A DNA stretch of 64,000 nt. It comes from Flaccisagitta enflata (taxonomy: Eukaryota). Location: positions 13,888,001-13,952,000 of the forward strand of contig OZ231126.1 of the NCBI GenBank assembly GCA_965153355.1, read 5' to 3'. The notes beneath the pieces were generated by a model, which worked only from the letters and a program-made list of their open reading frames with translations, searched no databases and was not told the DNA's origin. This document shows, one piece after another, positions 50,401-63,182 of this stretch (positions are counted from its first letter, which is position 1; every line of letters begins with the position of its first letter). A program made the position numbers and the translations under genes.

Positions 50401-51857
50401 AAATATGGGTCCGAGAGTAAAAATATTTGGGATTCTTGAATAACTCCTAAAGGGGTACCTTTACACAAAAAAATAGCAAATTCTATTTTTTGAGGGTTTT
50501 CCGTTTTACTGATCCGTGCTGAAACCACCCTTATGTTTGGATCCATTTTTCGTATAGCCGCTATCAATCCCAAAATCGTCGACAAAAAAGGAGACGACAA
50601 GTGGCGAAACGTGTTGTGGTAGTTGCGCAATTTTCTCTTTGATTCTTCGTCCATCATAGATGGTGTGGTACCGTTGATTTTTGGAGTCACCCCTTGCTAA
50701 ACATTCCTCATTAAAACGATTATTTATTTCACGGCAGTTTTTCGCATGCTGCCATATCGGGGCAATTCCCTCGCTTTCGAGAAAACGTCGCATTTGTTTT
50801 ACGATGTCAAAAACGATGACCGTATCCTTGGGAGCCAGCTCTTTGTCAATTTGCCACTCCATAGGTTCGATGATCTCCTCGGTTTCTTGAAAAGTTTGTT
50901 CCCTCCGATAATTTGATCCAAATTGTTGGTTGAAGAAGGGATCCATGAGAATTTTGTTTATTTCATTTTTTAATTCATGGGTCAAGTCATTGTTATTTCC
51001 CAAATTTGTTTTTTGACAAACATCTTCAATGGTGTTGATAATTTGGTTTCTTAAAATTTTCACAAGTTCCTTTAATTGAGTGGCGACGAGATTAATTGCT
51101 TCTTGTTGTACGCGATAGATGTAGCGGAGGGAGCCGTAAAGCAAATCCAGGGTTTCTCCCATTTCAACATTGTCCCTATTTCCCCCGTCCCCTCAAAGAC
51201 GTGTGATTCCGGAAAGTTTTCATCCTGATTTGGTTGTTCGGGGTCACTATCACCACCCTCACCCTCCCCGTCACTGTTGTCTCCGTCCGGTTGAGAAATT
51301 GCGCCAGTTAGATCACCCGATGGAGAATAATTTATAATCGATATCACACTTGGGACGGCGAGGTATTTATGGGTGTTGAAACATTGTTGGACGCGCCGAC
51401 GTGTAGTCCACCACAAGGAGCAGGCTTTTTTGAAGATGCAAGGTATGACTGTGGCGGAGGGTCCGGCGGAGGGTCCGTCGGTGGTTCCGGCCGGTTTATA
51501 TGGGAAATGGGTGAGGAAGTGATTTTTCAACAACGCCATATTTTGTTCTTCAAAGTCGGAAGATGGAGAGAGGGAGATCCTTGAGTTGCAGATTTGGCAG
51601 TCATGATGACTGGTGCTGTTGCGTAATTGCGGGTGGTCGTAATGGTGATATTTGTTTAAATGATATTTGAAACTGTTGAGGAGACGACCCTCCTTTGTTC
51701 CAAAAAAGTGCTTCTTTTTGGGACAGAGAAGACAGAAAGGGGGTTGATCTTTGAAATCTCCTTTGCAAGCGTGAAATTGAAGATGATTAAAACATTCCTG
51801 GATGACATTGGGCAGCTGTTTCGCGCACAAACGGCAAGTTGTATTTGGGATCGACAT
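47469..51857 (-). pseudogene. CMC (EnSpm/Mirage-like) DDE transposase with N-terminal C2H2 zinc fingers, ~1190 aa reconstructed; disrupted
   Basis: ZnFs: CRLC..H..FH, CLLC..HLNKYH, CQIC..HFLTH. D1 is in FFVDDF..GSKHK (50575-50580) and D2 in MGDNL..N.LAG.SGSF..PCRQC (49926). LPGDVWHNFHGG forms across a GC-AG intron (49470-49687). A GT-AG intron is at 49019-49247. PKAHYLTH..IRNFGP..LRGENNHK carries the catalytic E (48060). Lesions: a 1-bp frameshift near 51163, a MITE at 50145-50521 and an in-frame TGA at 48465. Confidence 0.85.
50145..50521. mobile_element. Palindromic MITE inserted in the transposase catalytic domain
   Basis: TIRs cagcacagatcagtaaaac / gttttactgatccgtgctg, with imperfect inverted symmetry over ~130 bp. 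No clear TSD. Confidence 0.85.
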
Positions 51858-51892
51858 ATTGACTCTGTACGTTACAAATGAATGAGAAAAGG

Positions 51893-51979
51893 CTCGACAA
51901 TATTCGTAGCAAAAACCGCTCGACAATATTCGGAGCAAAAACCGCTAAACAATATTCGGAGCAAAAACCGCATATAAAA
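51893..51979 (-). promoter_or_regulatory. Three 26-bp tandem repeats directly downstream of a TATA-like box, upstream of the transposase ATG
   Basis: ct(cg/aa)acaatattcg(t/g)agcaaaaaccg x3 at 51893-51970. The minus strand reads TTTTATATG at 51971-51979. The ATG is at 51857. Confidence 0.5.
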
Positions 51980-52001
51980 GCTTGGAGAAGAACACAAATT
52001 G

Positions 52002-52682
52002 CAAGGGGGTGAAAGCTAAAATGTTTTTAGCATATTTTAGCCTATTTTTGCAATTTTTTGAAAGTTTTTGAAAATTTTTGCACAATTTAGCACATTTTAG
52101 CATATTTTAACACCATTTGGAGATAACTGGACCCCTGCTGCCAGCAAAAATATGTTGAAATATGCTAAAATAGGCTTAAATATTCTGAAATTTGCTTCAA
52201 CATGGCAGAATGTGCTAACACCCTTGGAAATCTTATCAACCATAGAAAAGGCTAAAATATGCTTAAATTTTCTTAAATGTGCAAAAAATTTGCTAAAAAA
52301 TAGTAAAAACCACTAGAATCTTGAGAATCTCACTAAAGTGATTATGCCAAAATCTACTACAAGCGATAAGAAGAGGATTAAAGGTGCTGTAATCATTAAG
52401 GGAATTTTAATGAATTTTGGCCTGTTTTTGCACAATTTAGAATATTTTAGCACATTTTTGGATATTGTTACATATTTTATCATTTTTGGCGGCCAAAACA
52501 AGTTATCCTGTTTTTTAGGCTTTGTAAACCACCTTTTCACACATTTTAGCACGGTAGATAAGGCGATCAAATGCTTATTTGTACTAAATATGCTAAAATG
52601 TGCAAAAATTTGCTAGAACCGGCTAAAACTTGCAAAAATATGCTAAAATATGCTAAAAACATTTTTGCCTTCACCCCCCCTG
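52002..52682. mobile_element. MITE with CA(A/G)GGGGG ends and internal TTTAGCA repeats (hAT/P-like)
   Basis: caagggggtgaaagctaaaatgtttttagcatattttagc / gctaaaatatgctaaaaacatttttgccttcacccccctg. No TSD recognised. Confidence 0.75.
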
Positions 52683-52740
52683 CTTTTGAACAATAACGGA
52701 AGCGAAAGTTACTTTCTCAGTCCACAGAAGATGTTTTATT

Positions 52741-54238
52741 TCAACACTTTTTTGGCACAAAAAAGGCGTAAGGGTTCCATGGCACAGAGTCGTCGGAGCC
52801 ATCGGAATCCTCGTCGCTCAGTTCGAAAGGTAACTCCTTGAACTTGGAGACCAAGGATGTGGTTGGAGGTTTCAAGGCGCCGTCGTTGATCGCTTGTTTT
52901 TCCTTGAATTCTTCGTTGACGTTGTTTTCCGTGGGGAGGAACCAGGATCGCATCTCCGCTAACGCACCCATGGGATCCTCCCGTATCCATCCCTTTTTAT
53001 GAATCATGGACAATGAAGTTGACATAGAAATGTCATAGACATGGCACCACTTTTGGAAATGAATTAAGTAAAATTACCAATATGAGAAAACACCCTGTAT
53101 TCCCCTTCCCTACCTGGGGTTTTTGCGGAGGAGCATACGGGGAATCACTCCAAAGCATAAACGCCTGGATCCACGCATCCTTAGTGAGGGATTCTTTGGG
53201 TTTCTTCAACACCGGAGAAATGTAATCGTAGAAACTAAGCCACTGACGAACCTTGTTATGACCCCCAGATTGGACCTGGGGTTGGTCATTTAGAGCGAAG
53301 GAGTTTTTATCATTCATTGTCTATATTGATTGAGGAGAAACCGAATCTTAAACCTGCATGAGTGAACAGGGACATTGGAGGAGAAAGTACACAGGTTTCA
53401 CTGTGACAAGCAAAAGCAAAGTAAACTATATAAAGACCCTCTGGTTTTTCCTTTCGGGTTAACTGCATATATGATACAAACAGCGGGACTAACTTCCAAT
53501 TGTTTGTTTAACAAATATATCCTTGTTGGAGGAAGGATAAACAAAATGAAAAGGGGGCAAGCAGGAGATGTGACAAAGAAACATTTTAGCCCTTTTTAGT
53601 TTTGGTTTTCCATCTTTTCTCCTTACTTGAAATATAAAAAACTTTTGTGTGTTATTCTTACTGTTAACGACTGTTTTTTATGTTTTGAAGAATTTTGGAT
53701 AAGAGAGAGAAATGGAAAAGATGCAAAACTAACCTAGGCTAAAAATAGTTTTTTTCTCACTTTCCCCCCACCCCCACAACCAGCCTGGAAGAACGCAAGT
53801 ATCACAAGTCTAACAGGATCCACAATGACCAACTTTTTTTCTTGGCCAAGAGAGGAATAAAAGTCCGGGAAACCGGTTGTCTTCTTCCACACGCATTTTT
53901 CTGGGTGGCAAAACCCCGTCGCGACCAAAATTGCCTTCAAGGCGGTGTACGAGAGGATTCGTTTCGACTTTGATCATTGCTCCGGGTTGTTGTTTGGGCC
54001 TTTTGGTCTTTTTGCCTGGAAACAAAACCCGGCGAACGCGGCGAACGCGGCGAACGCGACGACGGACCTTGCAAGCATTTACCCCATCTACGCCCAGTGG
54101 GGAACTATTTCGATTCGCCAGAGGATCGCCAGTGGCGCGACCACTATATCCACACAGGCGTGTAAAAGGTTGAGTTATTTTTCCAAATATTTCACACTCC
54201 TTTATTTGATTCTTTAAACCATACAGATGGAAAACCAA
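52741..54238 (-). CDS. Putative multi-exon gene of unknown function (candidate cargo)
   Basis: Protein-like minus-strand segments at ~53810-54200, ~53115-53355 (ending at CAG|GTAGGG) and 52741-53025, which ends in a stop. Confidence 0.35.
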
Positions 54239-54390
54239 AATATAAAAGGTTTTATGGTTAGAATTGTGTGGTTTACCTTTTGTTTATCAACCCATAAATG
54301 TAAAAAAAAAAAAAACAGACATTGTGTTTTTTTTTTTTTTCTTCCCCATCTCGAAACCATTTCTCATTACTCATTGCTCATTACTCAACA

Positions 54391-55765
54391 TTAAACACGC
54401 CTGTATCCAAAATACGATCGATTTCGGCCAATCGCGGATTTCGCCCAATTAGAGTCCTTTAAACTTTGAAGGTTCTTCAACTCGATCCTTTCCAGCAGGA
54501 CGACCGGAGAGTCTCGCTGCGAAGGAACTCCGTCTTCCTCGAGAATCTTGTTTTTGTCAATTCCAAAAACGTCTCGTATTTCGACGCTCGCTTGTGCTTC
54601 TTCAGGGCGATGAGCGAAACAAGCTTGCTTGGCCATTGCTGTGTGAAAAAGAAAATGAGAAATATGGTCAGTTTTGGTATAAAACAATAAAATACGGTCC
54701 ACATTGGCAAATTCATGAGCACCAATGAGGCTAACCTGATTCCATATCATTGAAAGCGTAGCTTCGAGGATGGTTGATTCAGCGGAACGCAGAAAGATAT
54801 TGTCCAAGTTATCCTTTTACTAGTTCTTTGTTTAAAATACCTTGATTCTCCTGAAACAATAGAATTGCTACTGCATTGGTAAACAAGTGGGAGCAATTTG
54901 TCGAAAGAGACTTCATATTGAAGATGAGAAAAGAGGAACGAACGAAATGAAATCAAAAACGTAACCATCTTTGCATGGCGAGTTTATTCCCGATGGCGTT
55001 GATACCCACGAATGTCCAAGAATGGCCGAAATGTTTTTTAACAACACGTTAACCAAATAGAAGAAACAAAGTTTTTCAACCATCGCAACTTTAACGGTCC
55101 AACGACAAAGACGCGAGATCGGCAGTGGAAGACGTTGTAGGGTCCAACATTGGGGAGCGTTGCTTCATTATTCCATGTCGATTTTCAGAGTCCCCTGTGC
55201 GACGAAACACGACAATGGAGTCGACGTTTTCACCTGGAATAAGAGATACCTTCCAACATAACCGTCACATTTGTTGGCTATCCTATATTCTTCTAAAAAG
55301 GCAATTCTTACGATCCGAAGAATGAATACAGTTTGGGTCACAGACACATGACATGCGCCTACCTATGAACAAACCATCCACAATCTCCAGATTTTGAGAA
55401 GCGAAATCCATGGTGGATCTGCCGCCCAACCTCCCCAGCTCCACATAAACATCATCAAAGGAGCGATAGGCCGGGTTTTCGGTTATGCGAGCAGCGTTTT
55501 GGTCCCTGAGGCGCATATTAACGGGGACCATCGACACGAGATTTGGAGAAGGATGTTCGTCTGGCAAACTGGAACGGTACACTAGAACGCCCTCGGTAGT
55601 TTCTCCCACGTAGACTCCTCGTAAAATCGAGATGTTGCCCCAATACTGGAGTATCGGAATGGCTTTGATTTCACCCAAGTGAAACCACATATTGTGAATG
55701 CGAGGTTGACAGGCACCAAATGTGGAGGGGTGGCCACTCGATAAGGGTGCTGGACGCATACTCAT
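54391..55765 (-). pseudogene. Degenerate ORF(s) of unknown function (candidate cargo), broken by frameshifts and stops
   Basis: Non-repetitive, protein-like ORFs at 55283-55765 (160 aa), 54747-54968 and 54391-54807. The last two overlap and would join by one extra A in an A-run near 54815. Confidence 0.4.
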
Positions 55766-56385
55766 GTCTTAATGAGAAAAGGCGGGATTTTATTAATAGG
55801 AAAGTTTTTTTAAGTTTTACTAAAACACTCGGCAAAGGATTTCCCAAATCACCCTGAACCACAAAACAGAAGCCATCGATGTTAAAAGGAACCAATTTGG
55901 ATTGTGGAACTACAACAACGAAACAATGAGGGATGACAACGATATTTCTTACAAAGCCGCCAATTTTAAGCCTTCAATAAAAAGAAGAGAAATAAATCCT
56001 CGTGAAACAGAAAAATCATCCAAATCTTGGGCTGAACATGACGTGATAACTATTTGAATTACCAACATGATCAAAAAATAGTCTTGGAAATATGAGTATG
56101 GATGTGAGAGACTGGGAGGGCAGATTCAAGGCCTGAGAGGACAGATTTCAGGCCTGGGATGTGAGAGATAAATGTAAAGATTGATAAAGAATAGTTCTCA
56201 AAGCTTTTTATCATTTTTTGACGACTTTAAGATTTTGATCAACCGATGAACCACCCAACCAAACAACAGACAGTGCCGCTCATAGAATTGAAAATGAAAT
56301 GATAAGGTTTATTAAGAAGAAGAAGAATGCGTCATCTTCGCGGTTTGAGCACAGGCGTAACAAGCAAACAGATGGATGGGTGGAG

Positions 56386-58343
56386 TAACAGCTTTCAGGA
56401 TCATGCAAAAATCGTGATCTCTTACCGTCCATTCCGTACTAGACCAATTTTGGGGTGGGGAATTCACTCGGATCGTCAAAAATGGGCTCAGAACAATATT
56501 TCGATCCCCATCGGCCATCTGAAGGGCCCCGAACGAGCATTTTTTGTGTTTTTCGTGATTTTTTGGGATTGGTTGTCTTGAGGGGGAAAAATGAGCGGTC
56601 CCTGCTGTAAAATACCTCTTTTGGAAGTGAGAAGCCCAAATCTGAGAAAAAAAAATGGTACAGAATTAAGTTTAAGTGACCCAAAAGTCATTGAAAGGGC
56701 CCCGATCGAGCATTTTTGGCATTTTTTGTTGATTTTTCATGTTTATGAGTGAAAAAATGCTACATCTGACGTTATCAATCATTTAAAGGGCATGGATTTC
56801 AACCTCCCTGCGCTTTGTGGTAATTTAACACTATTTCAAGAGGCTTTATCTATTTTATAGTGTATTCTCTCTCAATCAGTTAGCAAATGAATTCGGACGG
56901 ATTTGTAAATGCTATGTCACCTTCCAAGGTACCCCCCCCTACAGCCCAAACAGATCATCATAAAGACTGAAAATTTGGCATGGACACTTATCTTAGGCTT
57001 AATCGTGGGGCCATCAAGGCGATTTTTGATAAGTTGCCCCGAAGCAGATTTATGGGGCAGGGGTGGGGGTACCCCTGGGGGGCAAAAATGACAAAAAAAA
57101 TTTTTATCCGATTTTTTTCACTTTTTCGACTTAGCAGCTTAGGCTAGTGTCTTAGGTACTAGGAAAACTCATTTTAACCCAACTTACTCATTGTAGTCAT
57201 GATTAATGCTCTCTAGGAGGGACAATGTCAAAACCGAGACTTACGAAGAATCTCAATTTGTGTCAATTTGACTAGGCCATCGACCGACCTAATTCTAACT
57301 AAAGCAAGAGTTTTTTTTAAACAGCAAACGCAATTGTATTTATCGATTAAAAGATAAAAGATTTCTTACAATGAAACAGACATGTATACTGTTGAGTATC
57401 TTTCCCTCCCCCCCCCCCCGTGGGGGAGAGGGGGAGTAAAATCAAAGGGTTTGGAAATGGAGTAAAAAATTCAATAGCTAAAAACAGGCCAGATACAATG
57501 GTCGTGTATCGCTGGTGCTTGGTGGTGGGCAGTGGTAGTAATGTGGGTGGGCAGTGGCAGTATGGGACAGGTTGGGGCTGCAATGTGGCTATTACAACCT
57601 ATTTCTCGCCATCTCAAACTTCGCGTCACCTTCAGTCCTTCCTACCAATGGACACACCCTATTATAGAGTCGCATAGCCAGCGACGAAAAAGAAAATTTT
57701 TGAAGATATAACTCTCTTGGTAGTACCAAAAGTTGATATAAGATTACTTAAACTAAATTTGATACTATTTTGATTCAAGTTATACCATATTCATTCTCTA
57801 TGGGGTAGAGATGCAAAGTTCTTCGACCAACCGAGGGTAACGGAATAATAAGCGCCAAAGGGGGGGGGAGAGAAGAAATCAAATGCTGCTCAACTTTATA
57901 CACGCCTGCAATGAAAGCATAAGATTAAAGTCATGGGGAATCAAACACAGTGATACGACAATCCGACCTGTATGTAATGAAAAGGAAGGTGGGAGAAGCA
58001 AGGCCAAGTCACAGCATGTTATGTAAAAACGAATGAATGAATGAATGAATAAATGAATGAAAAAATACGTCAGAATTGGCCGTTTTGCACATCTCAAACA
58101 TTTGATGAACCGACGACAAACAAACATGACCTCTTATAGAAAAGCGAGGATGCGCCTTAAAAAAGAAAAAAAAATACAGGAAAAGGTAAACATTACTTTT
58201 GGCAAGACCAAATCATAAATCCTGATTAGTTTAACAATATTTAACACTTTTTTTACCTAAAACAACTGTTTTATCGCATTATGGAGAAGAAAATTGTAGA
58301 TTTAGCATCCCGACAAAACGCGTCGCAGGCAACAAAACCTGTC

Positions 58344-58439
<96 letters not shown>

Positions 58440-60168
58440 GATGGCAACTTTAACTTCGGTTCCGGGGCAGGGGCAGTGCCCCAACCAGAGGGCTGAAGTT
58501 AACCTTCGATTGCATTCTTAAGATGTAACTATCTTTAATTTTGATGAAGGAAAAACAGTAAAAAATGAAAATGGTTTTGCCATCAGCTTTTGTTATGACT
58601 TTCTAATATCAGCGGGGTAACAACTTATCAGGCCCTGGTCAGGGTGACAACTTTTTAGGGTGACAGCGTATCAAGTTCTCTTAAGAACGATGGATCAATT
58701 TTAGTTGCATGCTACGCGACTTCACCCTACTTTGACCGTCGCCCCGTCAATCCATCACACTTTTTTTGTGTCTACAGTCTTTGGTCCCACTGCTCCGGCC
58801 CAAATCGGTAATAACCTCAAATATAGCCCTTGCTTACCCGCACCTGATTGCAATAGCTGTGTATCCTATATCTGGCCTTGTTTGACCAAATGCGACTATT
58901 AGACTGAAATCCTAACTCGCTCTTACATTTGGGGGAGGCAAAAGGTCATTTTATTTTCTGATTCATCAGTTGGCAAGCCGCTTGGATTGTTTGGTGCTAA
59001 TGATGGGATAACTGCTGACACTGGTCACAATATTGTTGCGGACGGGTGGGCAGGGGTGTCCAACCCCCACCCCACTTTCCCTACATGCACGGAACCATCC
59101 AAAACACATTTTTTTACTCGTGCTCACGGACCAATGGGCAAACAGACAGACCGACTGACAGACAAAGCCTCTTATTGATTATGGAGTTGCGTGGAAATGG
59201 TAATTTATGAAGAAAAAGAGCTAATGCACTGTTTCTGGAGGCAGTAGATGAGTTCCGGACTTGCTATGCTTAACGCCTGATTTTCAGACTTTGAAATCGC
59301 CAAAAACCTGGAAATGTGACTTATCAAGTTTGAAATAGCCTAATATTGCATTCTAATGAAGGAAAAAACAAAATAATGCTTTATTCTCGTGCTAAAGACA
59401 CCGAAAAAAGTAACCAAGTCAAAGAAATGAAAAAAATCGAAGAAATGTTTTTTGACATTTTTGCCCCCCAGCGGTACCCCCACCCCTGCCCCATAAATCT
59501 GCTTTGGGGCAACTTATCAAAAATCGCCTCGATGGCCCCACGATTAGGTCTAAGATCAGAGTACATGCCAAATTTTAAGTCTTTATGATGATCCGTTTGG
59601 GCTGTTGGGGGGGGTTCCTTGGAAAGTGACATAAAGCATATACAAATCCGTCCGAATCTGTAGATAAAGAAACATAATGCTTGTTCGGGGCCCTCTTAGG
59701 GGCTGTTTCACTATGATATGGTGCTCAAATGCTTTCTTTGACTGGGGAATCAAGTTCAGCATCTGAATTTAGGCCCACCATTTGCAGGAATTCCATATTG
59801 CTCACCTGACATGCTAGTTAGGTGAAAAAATAACTGAAAAATGCACGTTCGGGGCCCTTTTAGGGGCTTTTTTGTTCTGATAAGTTGCTCTAACACTATT
59901 TTTGATAGAGGAATCAAGTTTATCATCTCAAACAAGGTCTGCAACGAGTATGATATCAATGTAGCACGCCTGACATGCTAGTTACAGCAAAAAATAGCTA
60001 AAAATAGCCAAAAATGCTTGATCGGGGCCCTTCAGGTAGCCGATGGGGATCGAAATATTGTTCTGAGACCATTTTTGATGGTCTGAGTGAATTCCCCACC
60101 CCAAAATTGGTCTAGTACGGAATGGACGGTAAGAGATCATGATTTTTGCATGATCCTGAGAGCTGTTA
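56386..60168. mobile_element. 3.8-kb non-autonomous foldback element with long bipartite TIRs and a 10-bp TSD (MULE-like)
   Basis: ATGGGTGGAG at 56376-56385 and 60169-60178. The outer ~160-bp IRs are 56386-56545 / 60010-60168. The inner ~240-bp IRs are ~56892-57130 / ~59420-59657. Confidence 0.85.
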
Positions 60169-61181
60169 ATGGGTGGAGGGACAGAGACACAGTCACAAAC
60201 ACGCACACTGTTTTTCTTATTGATTTCTATCTGTTTTTCCTGTTCTTATCCTGGTTCTTTTTTTTCCCTTCTTCATCCTTTGTTCTTGTTATTTTTCTTT
60301 ACGTTCTTCATCCTCTTCTTCTTCTTCTTGTTCTTCCTCCTCGTCGATTATATTCGTCGGCATCTGTACCATTCCATTCCAAATTCGTTCATTTATTCTT
60401 TTTCTTCTTTTTCTTTTTCTTTTTCTTTTTCTTTTTCTTTTTCTTTTTCTTCTTCTTCAGCAATCCCGTCTTCTCCTCGCAAGTTTTCGTAGCTCTGTCC
60501 ATCTTTTTCCTTATCTTATTCTCAAATTTCAGCAATTTTCATTACAAAACTGATGATATGAAGTCTTACAAAGATTAGGGATTTACGCTTATACGGCGCA
60601 ACGCTAAGGTTAACGAAGGTTTTTTTCTATATGAAAATTCGATTGGCTCTCCAATGATGCATTGTCCAAAGCCTGAAATCGAATTCTCATTTTGACATGT
60701 TTTGGAGGGTGCTTTCTGTTAAACCATGAAATTGGTCTAAAATGAGCATGAACCAGTAGGGACTTTGAGTTTTTAGTTGCGAACTCGCAACTATATAAGA
60801 GGCTTCGTCCGTCCGTCTGTTGGTCCGTCCGTCTGTCCGTGAGAACGAGTTGAAAAGTGGGAAAACGAGCGTTTTAGAAGCTTTTCGTTTTTGTGTCTGT
60901 GTTGGAAGGGGGGTTAGGAGGGGCGTTGGGTGTGGATGGGGGTTGGCTGCCCCTCCCTACCTGTCAACAATGATATTGTGACCCCACGTCACTTGTTTGA
61001 ATCTCTGCCAGCCATGGATGCAACTGGGATTGAAATCATGAATATCAAATTTCAGACTGGGATGGGAAATTCGCTAATTGCGACTCTCGGAGGCGCTTTC
61101 GTAATGCAATGATAGGGTAGGCTAATCACATCCTCTCACGGCAAAACACTGGTATCCCTTTCTTAAATATAGAATTCTCGA

Positions 61182-61964
61182 ATGCTTTATTCTAAGCTGT
61201 GACTGTGATTGACAGGGCGAAAGAGAAATCCAGACAGGCAGAATTGCAGGTGACAAGTACCGGGATAACAATATTGTTGCGCACCAGGCAAGGCTGATTG
61301 TGCGTTTTTTTGGATGCGGACACGCAACTTAGCAATAGGCGTTTTCCGTCCATCCGTCCGTTGGTCCGTCCTTTAATCTGTGATGAGTTGAAAAATACAA
61401 AAACGCGTATTTTTAATGCTGCAGTTGTGATTGTCTGTGTGAGTGTGTGAGGGATGGGGGGCGGGGTGAGAAAGTGTGGAGGTTATAAATATTCCCCTTC
61501 CCAGTTCCCATCCATCCGCAACGATATAGTGACCCCGAGTCACCGGTTACACTACACTATACTCAATTAATAGGGAAAGACGGGCAGACATGCAGACTGG
61601 CGGATAGACAAAACTTTTAGATCTCGAGTCTGCGACTGAAAATATTTACATGAAATATTTATATAGAATATTTACAAAATGCAACCTGCATTGTAAGCTT
61701 ATTGCACTCGGCTTATATCTCGTTCAACATTTATACGCAATAAATGCTCTAGTTTTTTTGTTTTTGATTTTTTTGCTGTGGATGAATTTTGTATCGGTAA
61801 CTAGATTACTTCAATCAATTATTGAAACCAGACGTTTTCTCTCTGATGAGTAGTTTAAAATATATCGTTTGAATAAGTGATCAGTTGGTCGAGCATAATT
61901 ATCTAACAAACACATAAATACACAAAAACAAACACACTGACACACACACAACTAGGTACAAGAG

Positions 61965-62053
<89 letters not shown>

Positions 62054-62449
62054 CGATGTATGGCAGCCTGGAGCCTAGGGACTTCAAAGCCAATTCCAAG
62101 CACGACAGCAAATCTAAGCACGACAGCTTTTTCACTGATTTGTTTTGATTTCTATGCTTTCTAAGCCAATACTAGCCAAAAAGTAAAAAATAAACAAGTG
62201 ATTCTCATCTAGATGGTTATTTCTTTGTCAAATAGATCTGTTTTCAATTGATTCATACAATCTAATATATTGTGCAAAAAAAAGTATCTAGAAAAACTGT
62301 ATAGTAGGTGGGGGCAAAGCATACTAATCATCATCACATATCAATCAAGCCCTTGCCTCATTGTGCTTTGCAAACTCGTTTATTATTTCCCCCCATAGGA
62401 TTTGATTCAATAAAGTTTTTCTGATGTGTTTATTTGTCTGTCTGTCAGC

Positions 62450-62524
<75 letters not shown>

Positions 62525-62787
62525 TTTTATTCCCTTCAAAATTTGTTCTCAACACATTTTCAAGCCCGACAGACTTTCAAGCCCGACAACAGGGACGTCA
62601 CGTGATGTCCCTGAAGTCCCTTGCCATACATCGCTGTCAGTGTGTGTGTCAGTGTGTTTGTTTGTGTGTATGTATGTGTTCGTTAGATAATCATGCTCGA
62701 CAGACAGACAGACCGACTCACTCTTGTACCTAGTTGTGTGTGTGTGTGTGTTACTAACCAAGACGCTGTGTCTATGAGACCCTTTAT
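61182..62787 (+). repeat. Copy 2 of the dispersed composite repeat (see 24924-27127)
   Basis: High identity to 24924-25385 and 26638-27127. Confidence 0.9.
62051..62636. mobile_element. MITE with CAG...CTG ends (hAT-like) next to a (GT)n tract
   Basis: 15-bp TIRs cagcgatgtatggca / tgccatacatcgctg. It is absent from paralogous copy 1. Confidence 0.7.
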
Positions 62788-63182
62788 TCAGTGTCCCCAG
62801 AAGATCTTTGGAGCTACTATCCAACTTGAGGTTGAGCGCTGTTACTATCTAGGTAGTAGCTGAATTTTTCCCCTCATTATCTATATTACTATCCAGACAT
62901 AACATTTGTACTACAGCGTATACAAATATATCTGGAGACAAGGAAGAGACAAATTGACAGTCACAATGTTGGCAAATTTGATCAAAAAAACACAAAAACC
63001 AAGGCAATATTTCATCTTTGGAGGTGCAAAATTAAAAATTTTTCATTCCTTCATTCACTCATTCAATTGGTGATTAAGATAGGCTTTCCAAGAAGCGCTT
63101 CCACGTCATTCAACACCTCAACAATATCTGCATTTTCATTGGCAGCGTCTACTTCTTGTGAATCAGCGTTGGCATTGTCCCT

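Larger units (their letters stand above)
32287..55765 (-). mobile_element. Putative giant multi-gene CMC (CACTA/EnSpm-Mirage group) transposon; right end not found
   Basis: A terminus with subterminal repeats, plus a CMC transposase, an ORF2-like gene and further genes, all on the minus strand with short spacing. The boundaries are inferred. Confidence 0.55.

Noticed and set aside
55766-56385. Right terminus of the giant CMC element
   Set aside because: No reverse complement of CACGGTAAAAA and no subterminal repeat field was found here or further right.
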